Source: a virus | Direction: 5' to 3' (one strand) | IMG/VR virus record: IMGVR_UViG_3300020448_000003 | Span: 35,009 to 99,008 of that record | DNA length: 64,000 nucleotides | Shown here: one piece after another, positions 25,195 to 34,671 of the stretch | Layout of the letters: each line of letters opens with the position of its first letter | Numbering within the stretch: the stretch's first letter is position 1 | Made by a program: the position numbers and the translations under genes | The notes under the pieces: generated by a model | The model's database searches: none | Seen by the model: only the letters and a program-made list of their open reading frames with translations | Told to the model about the DNA's origin: nothing

Positions 25195-25865
25195 AATAGA
25201 GGTATGAGAGAAAACTGATCGTCAGGTAGATCAGGTTGCGTATGTATATCATAACCTAAAGTAATTCGATTTCCAGAATAGTTTTCATTTACACATACTT
25301 TATGTTTCCTATCCCAACCAGGTCCAAAATAGATGTTACCTACCTCGTTCTTGATTTCATATCTTACATTTGTATTAGGGTCGTGAAACTTAGTAATTGA
25401 ATCTTTTGGGTCAATACTTACATATCCGTGGTAATCAAATTTATGATCGTGCCAGTTCAATACTTGATCTGGTTTGTGCATATTCATCCAACATTGAAAC
25501 CATAATGGTTCATCAGTATTTAGAGTTGTCCTTACTACTGTCCGAATATCACGATACAATAACCAAAATAGTGGGGATGGACTTGTTAATGCAAATAGAT
25601 TATAGAACCGATAACCACTAAATCCTTCACTCATATTATTTAAAAACTCTTTATCCTTCTCGTGCTGTTCTTCTACATTGAATATGTCAGGTAGAGAACC
25701 AACTGTTAACTCTCTACTTGTTAGTGATGAATCAAAACCTGTAAATGTCTGTTTAAATTGTCTATATGATCTACCTAGTTGGGCGATCATCTCTTGACTC
25801 TCGTGTTCGACTGCTGGTGATCTGTAGAGAACCCAATCATCACCTTCGGTTACTTTGTATGTCAT
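25191..25865 (-). CDS. 2OG-Fe(II) oxygenase-like (HxH type)
   Basis: CWMN..LNWHDH..HGYVSI..HKV..RITLGYD. Confidence 0.75.
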   Translation of the reverse strand: MTYKVTEGDDWVLYRSPAVEHESQEMIAQLGRSYRQFKQTFTGFDSSLTSRELTVGSLPDIFNVEEQHEKDKEFLNNMSEGFSGYRFYNLFALTSPSPLFWLLYRDIRTVVRTTLNTDEPLWFQCWMNMHKPDQVLNWHDHKFDYHGYVSIDPKDSITKFHDPNTNVRYEIKNEVGNIYFGPGWDRKHKVCVNENYSGNRITLGYDIHTQPDLPDDQFSLIPLL

Positions 25866-26518
25866 TGTGGTTTGTATGCTGTAGAGGGGTCGTCAGGTCG
25901 CTTTGAAGCGATGTTTAAATTTACTACTGGTCGGTAGGTTCCAACTGGTAGCGTGGAACTGTGAAACAGGTCGCCCTTAAAGGCAACTGCTCTGCCTTTC
26001 TTGGGTGGTATCTGCATCTTTACTGACCACTTATCATCCTTAACTTGTTTTATATAATCATCAGGGTCTTGTGTCCTCTGATTGTAGATAACTGTGTCGC
26101 CATTTGAGTCATCCATATAATATATGACATTCCAACTGTCATCAACATAACTGTCAACGTGTGGTAATTGTACTTGATTTTTATACCAAGCGGGAGTGCA
26201 ATTCACTCTCATTCTTAACAAACATTCTGCTTTTAATTTTTCTCTAAATTGTAATGCAAGTGGCATAAAAGCGTTACATAAGGTTGATAATTCTCCCTGT
26301 TCTATTTCATACAAATAATGGAAATTACAAAATCCATTGCGAGGGTCATTTTCAAATAAATCTGATATTGCTCTATCTTTTCTATGCCATCTTAAATCTG
26401 GATTATTGATGCAATCTAACAACCAGTTTTGATATACTTCTGGTATTACATCTTCAAAAATAATAACATCCTGATCTAGTGAATGTTGTTTAAAAGGATT
26501 GTTAACTGTTAGTTTCAT
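25862..26518 (-). CDS. 2OG-Fe(II) oxygenase
   Basis: PHVD..IYYMDDSNGDT..PKKGRAVAF.G..FHSS..RPVVNLN. Confidence 0.85.
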   Translation of the reverse strand: MKLTVNNPFKQHSLDQDVIIFEDVIPEVYQNWLLDCINNPDLRWHRKDRAISDLFENDPRNGFCNFHYLYEIEQGELSTLCNAFMPLALQFREKLKAECLLRMRVNCTPAWYKNQVQLPHVDSYVDDSWNVIYYMDDSNGDTVIYNQRTQDPDDYIKQVKDDKWSVKMQIPPKKGRAVAFKGDLFHSSTLPVGTYRPVVNLNIASKRPDDPSTAYKPQ

Positions 26519-27147
26519 TATGTATAGTAAGGGGATGAGTTTATCATTGATTGTTCATATTGTATTTCTTTAGATGCTGCTTCCCAAGGTGCTGCTAACA
26601 TCGGTCTTCCATCCCATTTGTTTTGTTTATATTTTCCTTCTTGATCTACATAAGAAACAAATGCTTGGATCTGTAGATCCCCTGTATATTTGGGTCTCCA
26701 ATGAAAATCTTTATGTCCCCTAAAGATAATCATATCGCCCTGTTCCAACAATATTTGATGTGATTTACCTTCTAGTTCGATATAAAATGGCCAATCAACA
26801 TTGTCTCTGGTGATACACACATTTGCAACCCATTCACCGCTTGTTCTGTCTCTGTGTCGTACTAAATTTGTTCCCTTAACATATACTCTAGCGTAACTAA
26901 ATGTCTGCCATAATTTACATTTAACAGTATCCTCTACCATCGGTTTGATTGTTTGACCCATTGCTTCAAAACATACTGGCGAATACATTGCAAAGGCACC
27001 TGGCATTATAGGGTCGCTAGTAGGTCCTTGTGATGAGTATTCAACAACATCTTTAATCATCATATATTCTATTTTAAGTTGTTCACAAGTCTCTTGTGAG
27101 AGTGCATTGCGAATAACATATAATTTATTTTCAGATAATACTTCCAT
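26518..27147 (-). CDS. 2OG-Fe(II) oxygenase
   Basis: SYARVY..LVRHRDR..GDMIIFRG..HWR. Confidence 0.85.
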   Translation of the reverse strand: MEVLSENKLYVIRNALSQETCEQLKIEYMMIKDVVEYSSQGPTSDPIMPGAFAMYSPVCFEAMGQTIKPMVEDTVKCKLWQTFSYARVYVKGTNLVRHRDRTSGEWVANVCITRDNVDWPFYIELEGKSHQILLEQGDMIIFRGHKDFHWRPKYTGDLQIQAFVSYVDQEGKYKQNKWDGRPMLAAPWEAASKEIQYEQSMINSSPYYT

Positions 27148-27776
27148 TAATGTCCTTGACCAAAGAATACTATAGTTAATCGTGCATCAGATGAGTTTGT
27201 ACCATAGAAGTTTTGACCTCCGTGATATTTTCTACCATCAAATATGATACACCTATTATAGCGTGCCTGTACCTTAATTGATTCATTAAAGTAACTGTTG
27301 CACTGCTCTTTATATTTATCAAATACTCTAATACCCTCTGTACCTTGTGCTTCCATTGCCTTATGGAACTCTTCTTCATAATCTTCCATTTGAGGACCTT
27401 TAGGTACATCATATATTGTTGTTCCTGTGTCTTGTTTGTATTCTTTATTCAAGTAAATAACTGCACCTATTCCTAGGTGGTCGTCATCAGTATGAATCCA
27501 TCCACTATTACATTCTCCTGTACTAATATGAAAAGCTGCGTCTGCTATATGTAAATGAGTAAATGCTGGAATATACTTAATAATTTTACTACATATTATT
27601 TCGTGAAATATAGGGTCAGTATCATTAATTAATCTACTGCGTTTACCTGGCCAGTACCCTCTGTTAGGGTGTTCAGTACAAGTAAAATATTCCTGTTGCT
27701 GTGCGTTAGCATACACAAGACTAGGTGTCTCAAAGAAATTATCTACTACTATAGTTGGTACTATTTCTTCAAACAT
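27147..27776 (-). CDS. 2OG-Fe(II) oxygenase
   Basis: VVDNFF..WPGKRS..WIHTD..AVIYLN..YNRCIIF..YHG..RLTIVFF. Confidence 0.85.
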   Translation of the reverse strand: MFEEIVPTIVVDNFFETPSLVYANAQQQEYFTCTEHPNRGYWPGKRSRLINDTDPIFHEIICSKIIKYIPAFTHLHIADAAFHISTGECNSGWIHTDDDHLGIGAVIYLNKEYKQDTGTTIYDVPKGPQMEDYEEEFHKAMEAQGTEGIRVFDKYKEQCNSYFNESIKVQARYNRCIIFDGRKYHGGQNFYGTNSSDARLTIVFFGQGH

Positions 27777-28317
27777 AATTAAAATTAATTACCACTCTCT
27801 TGTTATGGTATAAAGGGCAAGAACTAGCGTGATAGGTAGAACCATCAAAGATAACAACACTACCTTTCTTTGGTTGTACTCTCTTCTCGACCTGATTATT
27901 CTTGTTAAAGAATACAGTATCGCCATCAGATTCATTGACATAATATAATCCTACTTTATGTGGTACATCTGCATCGATATGTGGTTGATTATAACCTATA
28001 CCAGTAGGTAAAAGCAACCCACCCTTAATCCTCAGTAACTCAAAATTATCTTCCTCTACAAATGATAATAGCAATGGTAATATAAACAAATAATGCTTTG
28101 ACATTATGTCCACACCATCAGGTTTATGATAAAACATATGAGCAAATCCTGGTGATCCTTTGGCATCAGGGAACTCTACTCTTTTTGGATCGTCATTCTC
28201 TCCATTGAGAGCATAAGTTATGTCATCAAGAAAATGCCAATCAAATTCAAGAGATAGCATCATCTTCTCTATTTGATCTTGATACTTTTTAGGAATAACG
28301 TTGTTAATGACTTTCAT
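27769..28317 (-). CDS. 2OG-Fe(II) oxygenase
   Basis: PHID..LYYVNESDGDT..PKKG..YHASS..RVVINFNY. Confidence 0.85.
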   Translation of the reverse strand: MKVINNVIPKKYQDQIEKMMLSLEFDWHFLDDITYALNGENDDPKRVEFPDAKGSPGFAHMFYHKPDGVDIMSKHYLFILPLLLSFVEEDNFELLRIKGGLLLPTGIGYNQPHIDADVPHKVGLYYVNESDGDTVFFNKNNQVEKRVQPKKGSVVIFDGSTYHASSCPLYHNKRVVINFNYV

Positions 28318-28921
28318 AATTAACCGATAGAACTATTCTATCCTCGTTGGTTTTGTTAGGTTGAGTTTTATGTTTTAACCAACCAGGAAATACCAATACA
28401 TCATTTGTTTGTACTGGTATCTCTTTCCAAATATTCTGTGCTGGTTCTTGGGGTGTACCAAACCTGTGGTATTCAAGTGGGTCTCTAACTAAGAAATTAC
28501 CTGACCCCTTCGGTGCTTTCAAGTAACAAGAAATTACCAAGGGTGATGGTGAATGTAAATGTTCACCTGTGTAACCACCACGTTTGTGTATATTTACCCA
28601 ACTCTCACGTGGATATATTCTCATATTATCGAAGTATCCCCAAGATGTCCAGATGGGTACAATTTGTTGATGAATAATATAAAAAAACTTCTCTAAACAT
28701 TCCCAGTTATGTGGTGCATAACTCTCTAATGAATGTGATGCTGTAGAGAAAGCATTACCATTTTCTATTCTTGAGTTTGTCCCTGCCTTATCTAATATAG
28801 AACCCACATCAAACTGTAGCGAACCCTCACTCTCATATTCAAAATTATAATTTAATTTATAGAGATAATTAGGTGTAATCGCTAATGGTTTTGGTGGGTC
28901 AGGAGTGACAACAACTTTCAT
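28304..28921 (-). CDS. 2OG-Fe(II) oxygenase (TIGR02466-like, HxH)
   Basis: SWVN..EHLH..YLK.P..VFPGWLKHKT..RIVLSVN. Confidence 0.82.
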   Translation of the reverse strand: MKVVVTPDPPKPLAITPNYLYKLNYNFEYESEGSLQFDVGSILDKAGTNSRIENGNAFSTASHSLESYAPHNWECLEKFFYIIHQQIVPIWTSWGYFDNMRIYPRESWVNIHKRGGYTGEHLHSPSPLVISCYLKAPKGSGNFLVRDPLEYHRFGTPQEPAQNIWKEIPVQTNDVLVFPGWLKHKTQPNKTNEDRIVLSVNYESH

Positions 28922-29064
28922 CAGTTATCAAATCGTTTCTTATACTCTTTAGTTAGTTTCTCTTCAATACGTTTCATATATTTCTTCATCTTCTTTGACA
29001 CTTCAGAGGGTAGATTTTTGATAACTGGTGGTTGAAAATTATAATCTAATCTGGGTAGTTTCAT
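28921..29064 (-). CDS. Small basic protein (47 aa, MKLPRLDYNFQPPVIKNLPSEVSKKMKKY...)
   Basis: Read by hand; ATGA overlap with the ho1 stop and TGATG overlap with the next gene. Confidence 0.55.
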   Translation of the reverse strand: MKLPRLDYNFQPPVIKNLPSEVSKKMKKYMKRIEEKLTKEYKKRFDN

Positions 29065-29606
29065 AGGGTCAGCATTTCCTCGAATGTCTTGGTAGCAAAC
29101 TCGTATGCAACTTTAACTTCATCTACAATTTTTTCACTGCCCATACACTCCCCAATTTCTTCTCTGATCCTCATTTTTAATGTATCTGGATCATCAAATG
29201 TGTGCCATTGTGATGAACCTGGTGTACATTTCTTTAACATCTGTCCACCCATCAAATCTCCCATATGTCTTGTATAGATGTGTGCCATCAATCTACATTT
29301 GTCTCCATTTAAACCATAAATGTAATCAACAAATTCTTTTGTAACATTTAAAACAGGTGGTGGGGTATCTGCATCCCACAGTTCATAATAATCTTTGTTT
29401 ATTCGTTGATGCCTTATAATATCAGGCATATCTCTTATTACTCCGTGCGTATCTGCTGTAACTTCTAATGCTTGATATTGAAGTATTTGGTTATAGCAAA
29501 ATGTAGCATACTCTTTGTCTGATAGTTCACCTTTAAACATCTTAGAAACAAATTCTTGTCTCTCTGCTGCTTTATGATGTTCCCAAGTTGCTTCCTTTAA
29601 TCCCAT
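29061..29606 (-). CDS. ho1: Heme oxygenase
   Basis: LKEAT..H..AE proximal His; AHIYTRHMGDLMGGQML distal helix. Confidence 0.92.
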   Translation of the reverse strand: MGLKEATWEHHKAAERQEFVSKMFKGELSDKEYATFCYNQILQYQALEVTADTHGVIRDMPDIIRHQRINKDYYELWDADTPPPVLNVTKEFVDYIYGLNGDKCRLMAHIYTRHMGDLMGGQMLKKCTPGSSQWHTFDDPDTLKMRIREEIGECMGSEKIVDEVKVAYEFATKTFEEMLTL

Positions 29607-29914
29607 TACGAATCTCCTGATGTTTTTCCGATTGTTTCGATCTCGTCATCGTCATCATTTGCTAGTTCAAAAGATGGCATCCCGACATCTGAATCGTCTT
29701 TCATAATATCACGTTTTACCAAAAATAGTGCATCAATGGCACCTTCTAACCTGGAACGCTGACTATAAGCATCAGATCTTTTTTGAAACTCAATGGTAGT
29801 GACACCATAAGGGTTGAGTTTCTTGTTACTGAAATCCTTATCAAAGGTTTCTATTTGTTTTTCTAATTCCTCTTTTTGTAAGTGGAAATTTTGTATAAGT
29901 TCGTTAATGGTCAT
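29606..29914 (-). CDS. Hypothetical coiled-coil protein
   Basis: RLEGAIDAL; coupled within the operon. Confidence 0.6.
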   Translation of the reverse strand: MTINELIQNFHLQKEELEKQIETFDKDFSNKKLNPYGVTTIEFQKRSDAYSQRSRLEGAIDALFLVKRDIMKDDSDVGMPSFELANDDDDEIETIGKTSGDS

Positions 29915-30747
29915 CGGTTTACTCCGTCAGTATGTGCTTTGATGGCACGTTTGGCACGTTTAATTTTTCTACTCACAGTGTCCTCTGTTGAGTATTCTGC
30001 ACGTAACGAATAGTTAAATGCGTTTTCGAGATCCCAATCTTCTTGGGTTGCTGTTTCGATTTTCATATCATACCAGTTGTTGTCAAGTTCTTTCCTACGA
30101 ATTGGTATGAATTGTGCTAGGGGTGTTCCTGCTTTGATGAGGGTTCCGTCTTCTCCTGAGTCCAACACCTTCCACAACAGTTGTACGTTGACCTGCATCG
30201 CATATCGTGGGTCATATAAGCCAGCAACTGCCTCGAATCTAGTTTCGTTATTCCAATAGACTGGGAGTTGGAAAAACACAATGTCATCACTTGCTCTAAC
30301 CCTCCAAGGTGTTTCTAATTTGATAATGTGTGCTAAATGTCCATCTAAACTTTCATCAAATTTTGATCTAGTTAATGGAACTACTTGATCAGGTGGGTGA
30401 TCACTAATAAAATTACTATGCCTTGCAAACGTAGTAACCTGTTCATATCTATAAGAGATACCATCACCCTCTGTCCAAATTCTAAAATCCATAGGACTTG
30501 TAACACAATATCCTGTTCTTGTAAACAATTTCAAACCAGGACAATTAGCAACGTTTTGAGTTCCCATAAAAGGGCAATGTGTGTTTCTTTGTTCTTTGGT
30601 CATCCACTTACGTGGAATAGATGCTGTTGGTATTAATGGATAGTTTTCTGCTAAACCTGGTTCTAATGAAAAGAATCTTATCCAAGGTTTTTGTTCTTTC
30701 TTTTTAAGGAAGTTGAACATCATCCACACCTCCATAAACGTTATCAA
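29911..30747 (-). CDS. Hypothetical protein, dUTPase-like fold (CPG..GY..P.D..PW..IKAGTPLAQFIP)
   Basis: Motif set recalled from marine phage genes near 2OG oxygenases; true start probably 30720 or 30723. Confidence 0.6.
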   Translation of the reverse strand: MITFMEVWMMFNFLKKKEQKPWIRFFSLEPGLAENYPLIPTASIPRKWMTKEQRNTHCPFMGTQNVANCPGLKLFTRTGYCVTSPMDFRIWTEGDGISYRYEQVTTFARHSNFISDHPPDQVVPLTRSKFDESLDGHLAHIIKLETPWRVRASDDIVFFQLPVYWNNETRFEAVAGLYDPRYAMQVNVQLLWKVLDSGEDGTLIKAGTPLAQFIPIRRKELDNNWYDMKIETATQEDWDLENAFNYSLRAEYSTEDTVSRKIKRAKRAIKAHTDGVNR

Positions 30748-32356
30748 GTAGATACTGATAATGTGAGGGGCATCCCTCTACATATTTTTCTACTTCAGCA
30801 AACCACTCTTTACGATCTGCTTTAACCTGATCTAAAATATCAAAAGGTTCCTGATTATTAAGTTGTATTCTATTTCCTAAATTTAATCCCATCCCTGCTG
30901 CAACATAATTCATACCATTCATATTAGATGATAATGGTTCAACTAAATCAAGAATTGATCCCATTCTTTCAAAGTTATCATTTACTTTTATGTTGCCATC
31001 AAATTCATCAAACATATAATCATTACGTTGTGTACACCACCTCCAATATGGATTGTCTGTTCTTGTAGATAGAGCATAGTGCATAGCAACAAACTTACTG
31101 AATCCAATAACCTCACGTTGTACATTATAATTGAACCACTGTCTTTCGATGTTGGTTATATATCCTCGTCTTCTGTTTAAAATGTCAACCAGACGTAATA
31201 CATTTTCGTGTGTGGTTAATAATCCTGTTGACTCTAATGGTTCAACAAATCCATATGATAAACCAATAGCAACACAATTAAGTTCCCACGCTTTTTCTCT
31301 ATATCCGTGCTTGATATCAATAAGTTTTATCTCTACTTCTTCTAAGTCAGCACCAAACTCTTCTTCAATATATCTTTCAAACTCTGCTCTTGTCTCTGTC
31401 TCTAATGCAAATCTACTTGACCAACAATACCCAACTCCGATCCTATTCCATAATGGAATATTCCAGAACCATCCGTTCTGTGCTGCTGTGCAATCTGTGA
31501 CATTGTGCATTAACTTTACACGTTCTTCCTGATTGTTATATGGAACTCTTGCGAAAAATGCTTTGTCGTTAGCAAGTATATCTTTAAATGGTTTGAAATT
31601 TATATTGTGTATTCCTTCAATTAATGCTGCCTTGAAACCTGTGCAATCAATGAATAGATCACCCTGTACACCAACTGTTTTCTTATCCTCTGATAATCTT
31701 ACTGCTAATTGTTTAATTTCTCTATTTGATGCTGCGGGTGAACCTCCTCTTTTTACATCTTTCACCATTCCTCGTACATCACCTATGACGTGAGTAAACC
31801 GATCTACTTCTGCCCAAGGTTCACATATATTAATTCTTAACCACTCACCAAACTTCTCTGCATCTAAATGATATGCTCTATCAGAACCAGGATTAAAATC
31901 ACCAAAGGCATCTGACTCTTTATTTTTTAATGCTAATTCTGTGTTGACAGTATTCCAATACTTTGCAAATGATATACCTTCATCATCGTTTGTAAATTCT
32001 TCTGGATATTTCTTTTTTAAATCAAACCAATCTTCAATACCATTTATATTTCCGTGATTAAAATTATATTCACCAAATGGATATTGAAATGTCTTTCCTA
32101 TATCAGCAAAATCTGTAAACTGAATACTATTTTTATATGTTGCATTACAATAGGGCATCCAATCTGAATCTTCCAAATCCAATGCCCTTAAATACTTGTT
32201 AAAATGTCCTAGAGTTGATTCTCCAACTCCTACTGGTTTGCTTTTTGCACTCTCAACTAATACTACATTAACCCAAGGGCATAGTTTTAAAAGAGCAGCA
32301 CAGGTCATCCAACCAGAGGTACCGCCCCCAACTATCACTACATTATTTACTTGCAT
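30704..32356 (-). CDS. prnA: Flavin-dependent tryptophan halogenase (PrnA family)
   Basis: GGGTSGW FAD motif, VGEST, CNATYKNSI (catalytic Lys), FIDCTGF, GWFWNIP (WxWxIP), FVEPLESTGL. Confidence 0.92.
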   Translation of the reverse strand: MQVNNVVIVGGGTSGWMTCAALLKLCPWVNVVLVESAKSKPVGVGESTLGHFNKYLRALDLEDSDWMPYCNATYKNSIQFTDFADIGKTFQYPFGEYNFNHGNINGIEDWFDLKKKYPEEFTNDDEGISFAKYWNTVNTELALKNKESDAFGDFNPGSDRAYHLDAEKFGEWLRINICEPWAEVDRFTHVIGDVRGMVKDVKRGGSPAASNREIKQLAVRLSEDKKTVGVQGDLFIDCTGFKAALIEGIHNINFKPFKDILANDKAFFARVPYNNQEERVKLMHNVTDCTAAQNGWFWNIPLWNRIGVGYCWSSRFALETETRAEFERYIEEEFGADLEEVEIKLIDIKHGYREKAWELNCVAIGLSYGFVEPLESTGLLTTHENVLRLVDILNRRRGYITNIERQWFNYNVQREVIGFSKFVAMHYALSTRTDNPYWRWCTQRNDYMFDEFDGNIKVNDNFERMGSILDLVEPLSSNMNGMNYVAAGMGLNLGNRIQLNNQEPFDILDQVKADRKEWFAEVEKYVEGCPSHYQYLLDNVYGGVDDVQLP

Positions 32357-32376
32357 AATTAATTAATACCGTCACT

Positions 32377-32405
32377 ATTATATAGCAACTTTAACCAATC
32401 GTCAA
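32377..32405 (-). promoter_or_regulatory. Sigma70-type promoter of the halogenase operon
   Basis: TTGACG-17-TATAAT. Confidence 0.75.
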
Positions 32406-32406
32406 T

Positions 32407-32925
32407 CTATAATTCTTCGTATGTACCACCCCAATTTGAGTATCTTTCCCAACAAGGATTATCTTGTGAACTCAATTTATTTGGTCTTGATGTGCTTGGT
32501 TCTACTGCATCAGACATAAACTCTGCTACTTCTTCCTCTGTCATTGTTGGGTCCATTGGTTCCTCAACATCACCAGGTCTTGTAGTGTTCTCTTTAACTG
32601 TCTTTACGTGCTGAAACCACTCTGCATCAGAAGCATTTAGGTTTTTACCAGCAGCGATATCTCTGTAGAGCATATCTAATTGCTGACCGATTTCACCATA
32701 TGCAACTTTACGAGTTGTAAGTGGATCTGCATAAGAGTCATCTCTCTCCACCCAGATCATATCGTTTGCTGCTGGACTCCATTCTAGTGTCCAACTATTT
32801 TTGATGTCATCAGGTGCATTTACCCACATCTGTGAACAACCACGACCAAGGAATAACTGATATTCCTCACCTGGTTCTACGATGTCAGCAACGTAACCTG
32901 TAAAATCTACTAACGCTTTTTTCAT
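32407..32925 (-). CDS. Tail fibre assembly/chaperone-like protein
   Basis: RKVAYGEIGQQLDMLY..WFQHVKTVK motif; follows the Gly-rich fibre gene; GGAGG RBS. Confidence 0.55.
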   Translation of the reverse strand: MKKALVDFTGYVADIVEPGEEYQLFLGRGCSQMWVNAPDDIKNSWTLEWSPAANDMIWVERDDSYADPLTTRKVAYGEIGQQLDMLYRDIAAGKNLNASDAEWFQHVKTVKENTTRPGDVEEPMDPTMTEEEVAEFMSDAVEPSTSRPNKLSSQDNPCWERYSNWGGTYEEL

Positions 32926-32934
32926 AATAACCTC

Positions 32935-33735
32935 CTACTTGTAGTTGATGACTGTAACAACACCGTACTTACCGTTTGAACCACGGAAAGAACTGAAGTG
33001 ACCACCTGAACCACCAGAACCATATGCTGAGTGATCTTGATGGTTATGACTGAAGTTTCCTCCATTTGGCCAACCAGCAGCTACTGATCCACCAAAGTGT
33101 GAAGGTCCTCCTGTTCCTCCACCGTGAGCAGCGTGTGATTGTCCACCACCACCCCAGATGTTGATGTCTCCACCAGAACCATTTCTTCCGAGACCACCTG
33201 AGTGAGAGTTATTTCTAGCAGCACCGTGTCCACCACCAGCTGACATATATGGACCGAATGAAGATGATCCTCCATCTCCACCTCTATTGAAGTACCAAGT
33301 ACCTCCTCCACCACCACCAATAGTGATACCAACTGAAGAAATGTTGGCAACTGACATTACTCGTTCTGAATATCCTCCTGCTCCTCCAGATTCTCCGTGA
33401 CCAGCACCACCACCACCTCCACCATTAAGGCGAACGTGTATGTATGTAACGCCACTTGGTCTGTTCCAAGTTCCGTTACCTGTCCAAACTTGCATAGATT
33501 GGATATTTTCTGATGAAACCGATGTCCAAGACATTGAACTACCGTTGGTAGTTAAGAATTTGCCTGACTGTCCAGATACACTTGGTACAATCTGACCAGA
33601 TGAACCTGACATTGTTCCATTTACAGTCAAGTTACTAACAGTCAGGGTACCATTAGCAGTGATATTACCTGATGCTAGGGTAAAACCACCAATTCCAGAC
33701 AGGTCTCTAATAGATGCAACTTTGAGTGTACTCAT
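32935..33735 (-). CDS. Glycine-rich tail fibre/adhesin
   Basis: SGKFLTTNGSSMSW fibre motif; GTWNRPSGV..GGGGGG..GGAGGY..ITIGGGG..GSSSFG Gly-rich domain. Confidence 0.75.
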   Translation of the reverse strand: MSTLKVASIRDLSGIGGFTLASGNITANGTLTVSNLTVNGTMSGSSGQIVPSVSGQSGKFLTTNGSSMSWTSVSSENIQSMQVWTGNGTWNRPSGVTYIHVRLNGGGGGGAGHGESGGAGGYSERVMSVANISSVGITIGGGGGGTWYFNRGGDGGSSSFGPYMSAGGGHGAARNNSHSGGLGRNGSGGDINIWGGGGQSHAAHGGGTGGPSHFGGSVAAGWPNGGNFSHNHQDHSAYGSGGSGGHFSSFRGSNGKYGVVTVINYK

Positions 33736-33771
33736 TTTTTACCTGATTATCAAAAATAATTTCCTAAAAAG

Positions 33772-33779
33772 TATTTATA
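33772..33779 (-). promoter_or_regulatory. T4 late promoter TATAAATA
   Basis: Upstream of the Gly-rich fibre gene. Confidence 0.7.
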
Positions 33780-33782
33780 ACC

Positions 33783-34640
33783 TTAAGGACCGAAGTCCCT
33801 CTCGTATCCAAATACTGTCCAAGAGTTGTTGTTAGCCGACACTGCTCTTACTATTTGGAACTCTATCTCTCCATATCCATTACCCATACCAGGTGTGCTA
33901 TTGTTCAACCAATATATCGTATGACCTTCTCCGTTTATATTAATGCCAGTTGGATAACCACTACCACCTTCGTTTCTTATCATTACTCTACAGTGTGACA
34001 TCTGCCCTGAGTCAGCAGGAACGTTATTTAAACTTAATGTGAAGTTACCACCACCATTCTTAGATACCCAAATATTACTACTTACTTGATAATCGTGTGT
34101 TATATTTCCGTTTGACGTATAGAATGTGACTGTTTCTTTTACAGCACCATAATGTAATTGTCCTGTAAATGTACCGTGACCAGAACTGATGTCAACAAAC
34201 TGTGCATAAGATAGGTCGTCGTCACCGATGATCATCCAAGAAGCATCTTGCTCAATAGTAACTGTATAACCTGAGTTAATCTGAATTGGACCTGCTGAAA
34301 AACCATTAGTGAATTGTACTCCACCATTTGCTGTAGGACCTACTGTTAAATTCTCTGCTATTGTTGTACCGTTTGTTCTAATTATAGATTTCTCACCAAT
34401 GGCAGGACCTCCACCACCTACGTCAGACCAACCTGGATTACCCTGTGCAGCATCTTGTTTGTATATCTGTGCCATATCTTCCGTAGTGTTATACACTACA
34501 GTTCCAAATGCAGGGGTACCCAACGCATTTACCTGTGACTGATTAAGTGGGGGTAAATTGATTTGTTCGGTTACAGACCACGCTTCAACTAAACCTCTAG
34601 TCGTAGCATTAATATTATTACCATTAATTAGGGTTGACAT
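33783..34640 (-). CDS. Tail fibre protein
   Basis: GTVVYNTT, IIRTN..I..N.T..NGFSAGPI.I.SG.TVTI..W fibre motifs. Confidence 0.65.
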   Translation of the reverse strand: MSTLINGNNINATTRGLVEAWSVTEQINLPPLNQSQVNALGTPAFGTVVYNTTEDMAQIYKQDAAQGNPGWSDVGGGGPAIGEKSIIRTNGTTIAENLTVGPTANGGVQFTNGFSAGPIQINSGYTVTIEQDASWMIIGDDDLSYAQFVDISSGHGTFTGQLHYGAVKETVTFYTSNGNITHDYQVSSNIWVSKNGGGNFTLSLNNVPADSGQMSHCRVMIRNEGGSGYPTGININGEGHTIYWLNNSTPGMGNGYGEIEFQIVRAVSANNNSWTVFGYERDFGP

Positions 34641-34664
34641 AAGCCCTCAATTCTTCTATGTGAC

Positions 34665-34671
34665 TATTTAG
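34665..34671 (-). promoter_or_regulatory. Late promoter variant CTAAATA
   Basis: Upstream of the 34640 start. Confidence 0.55.

Noticed and set aside
32935-34640. Diversity-generating retroelement or invertible tail-fibre segment
   Set aside because: No reverse transcriptase, invertase or template/variable repeat pair seen.
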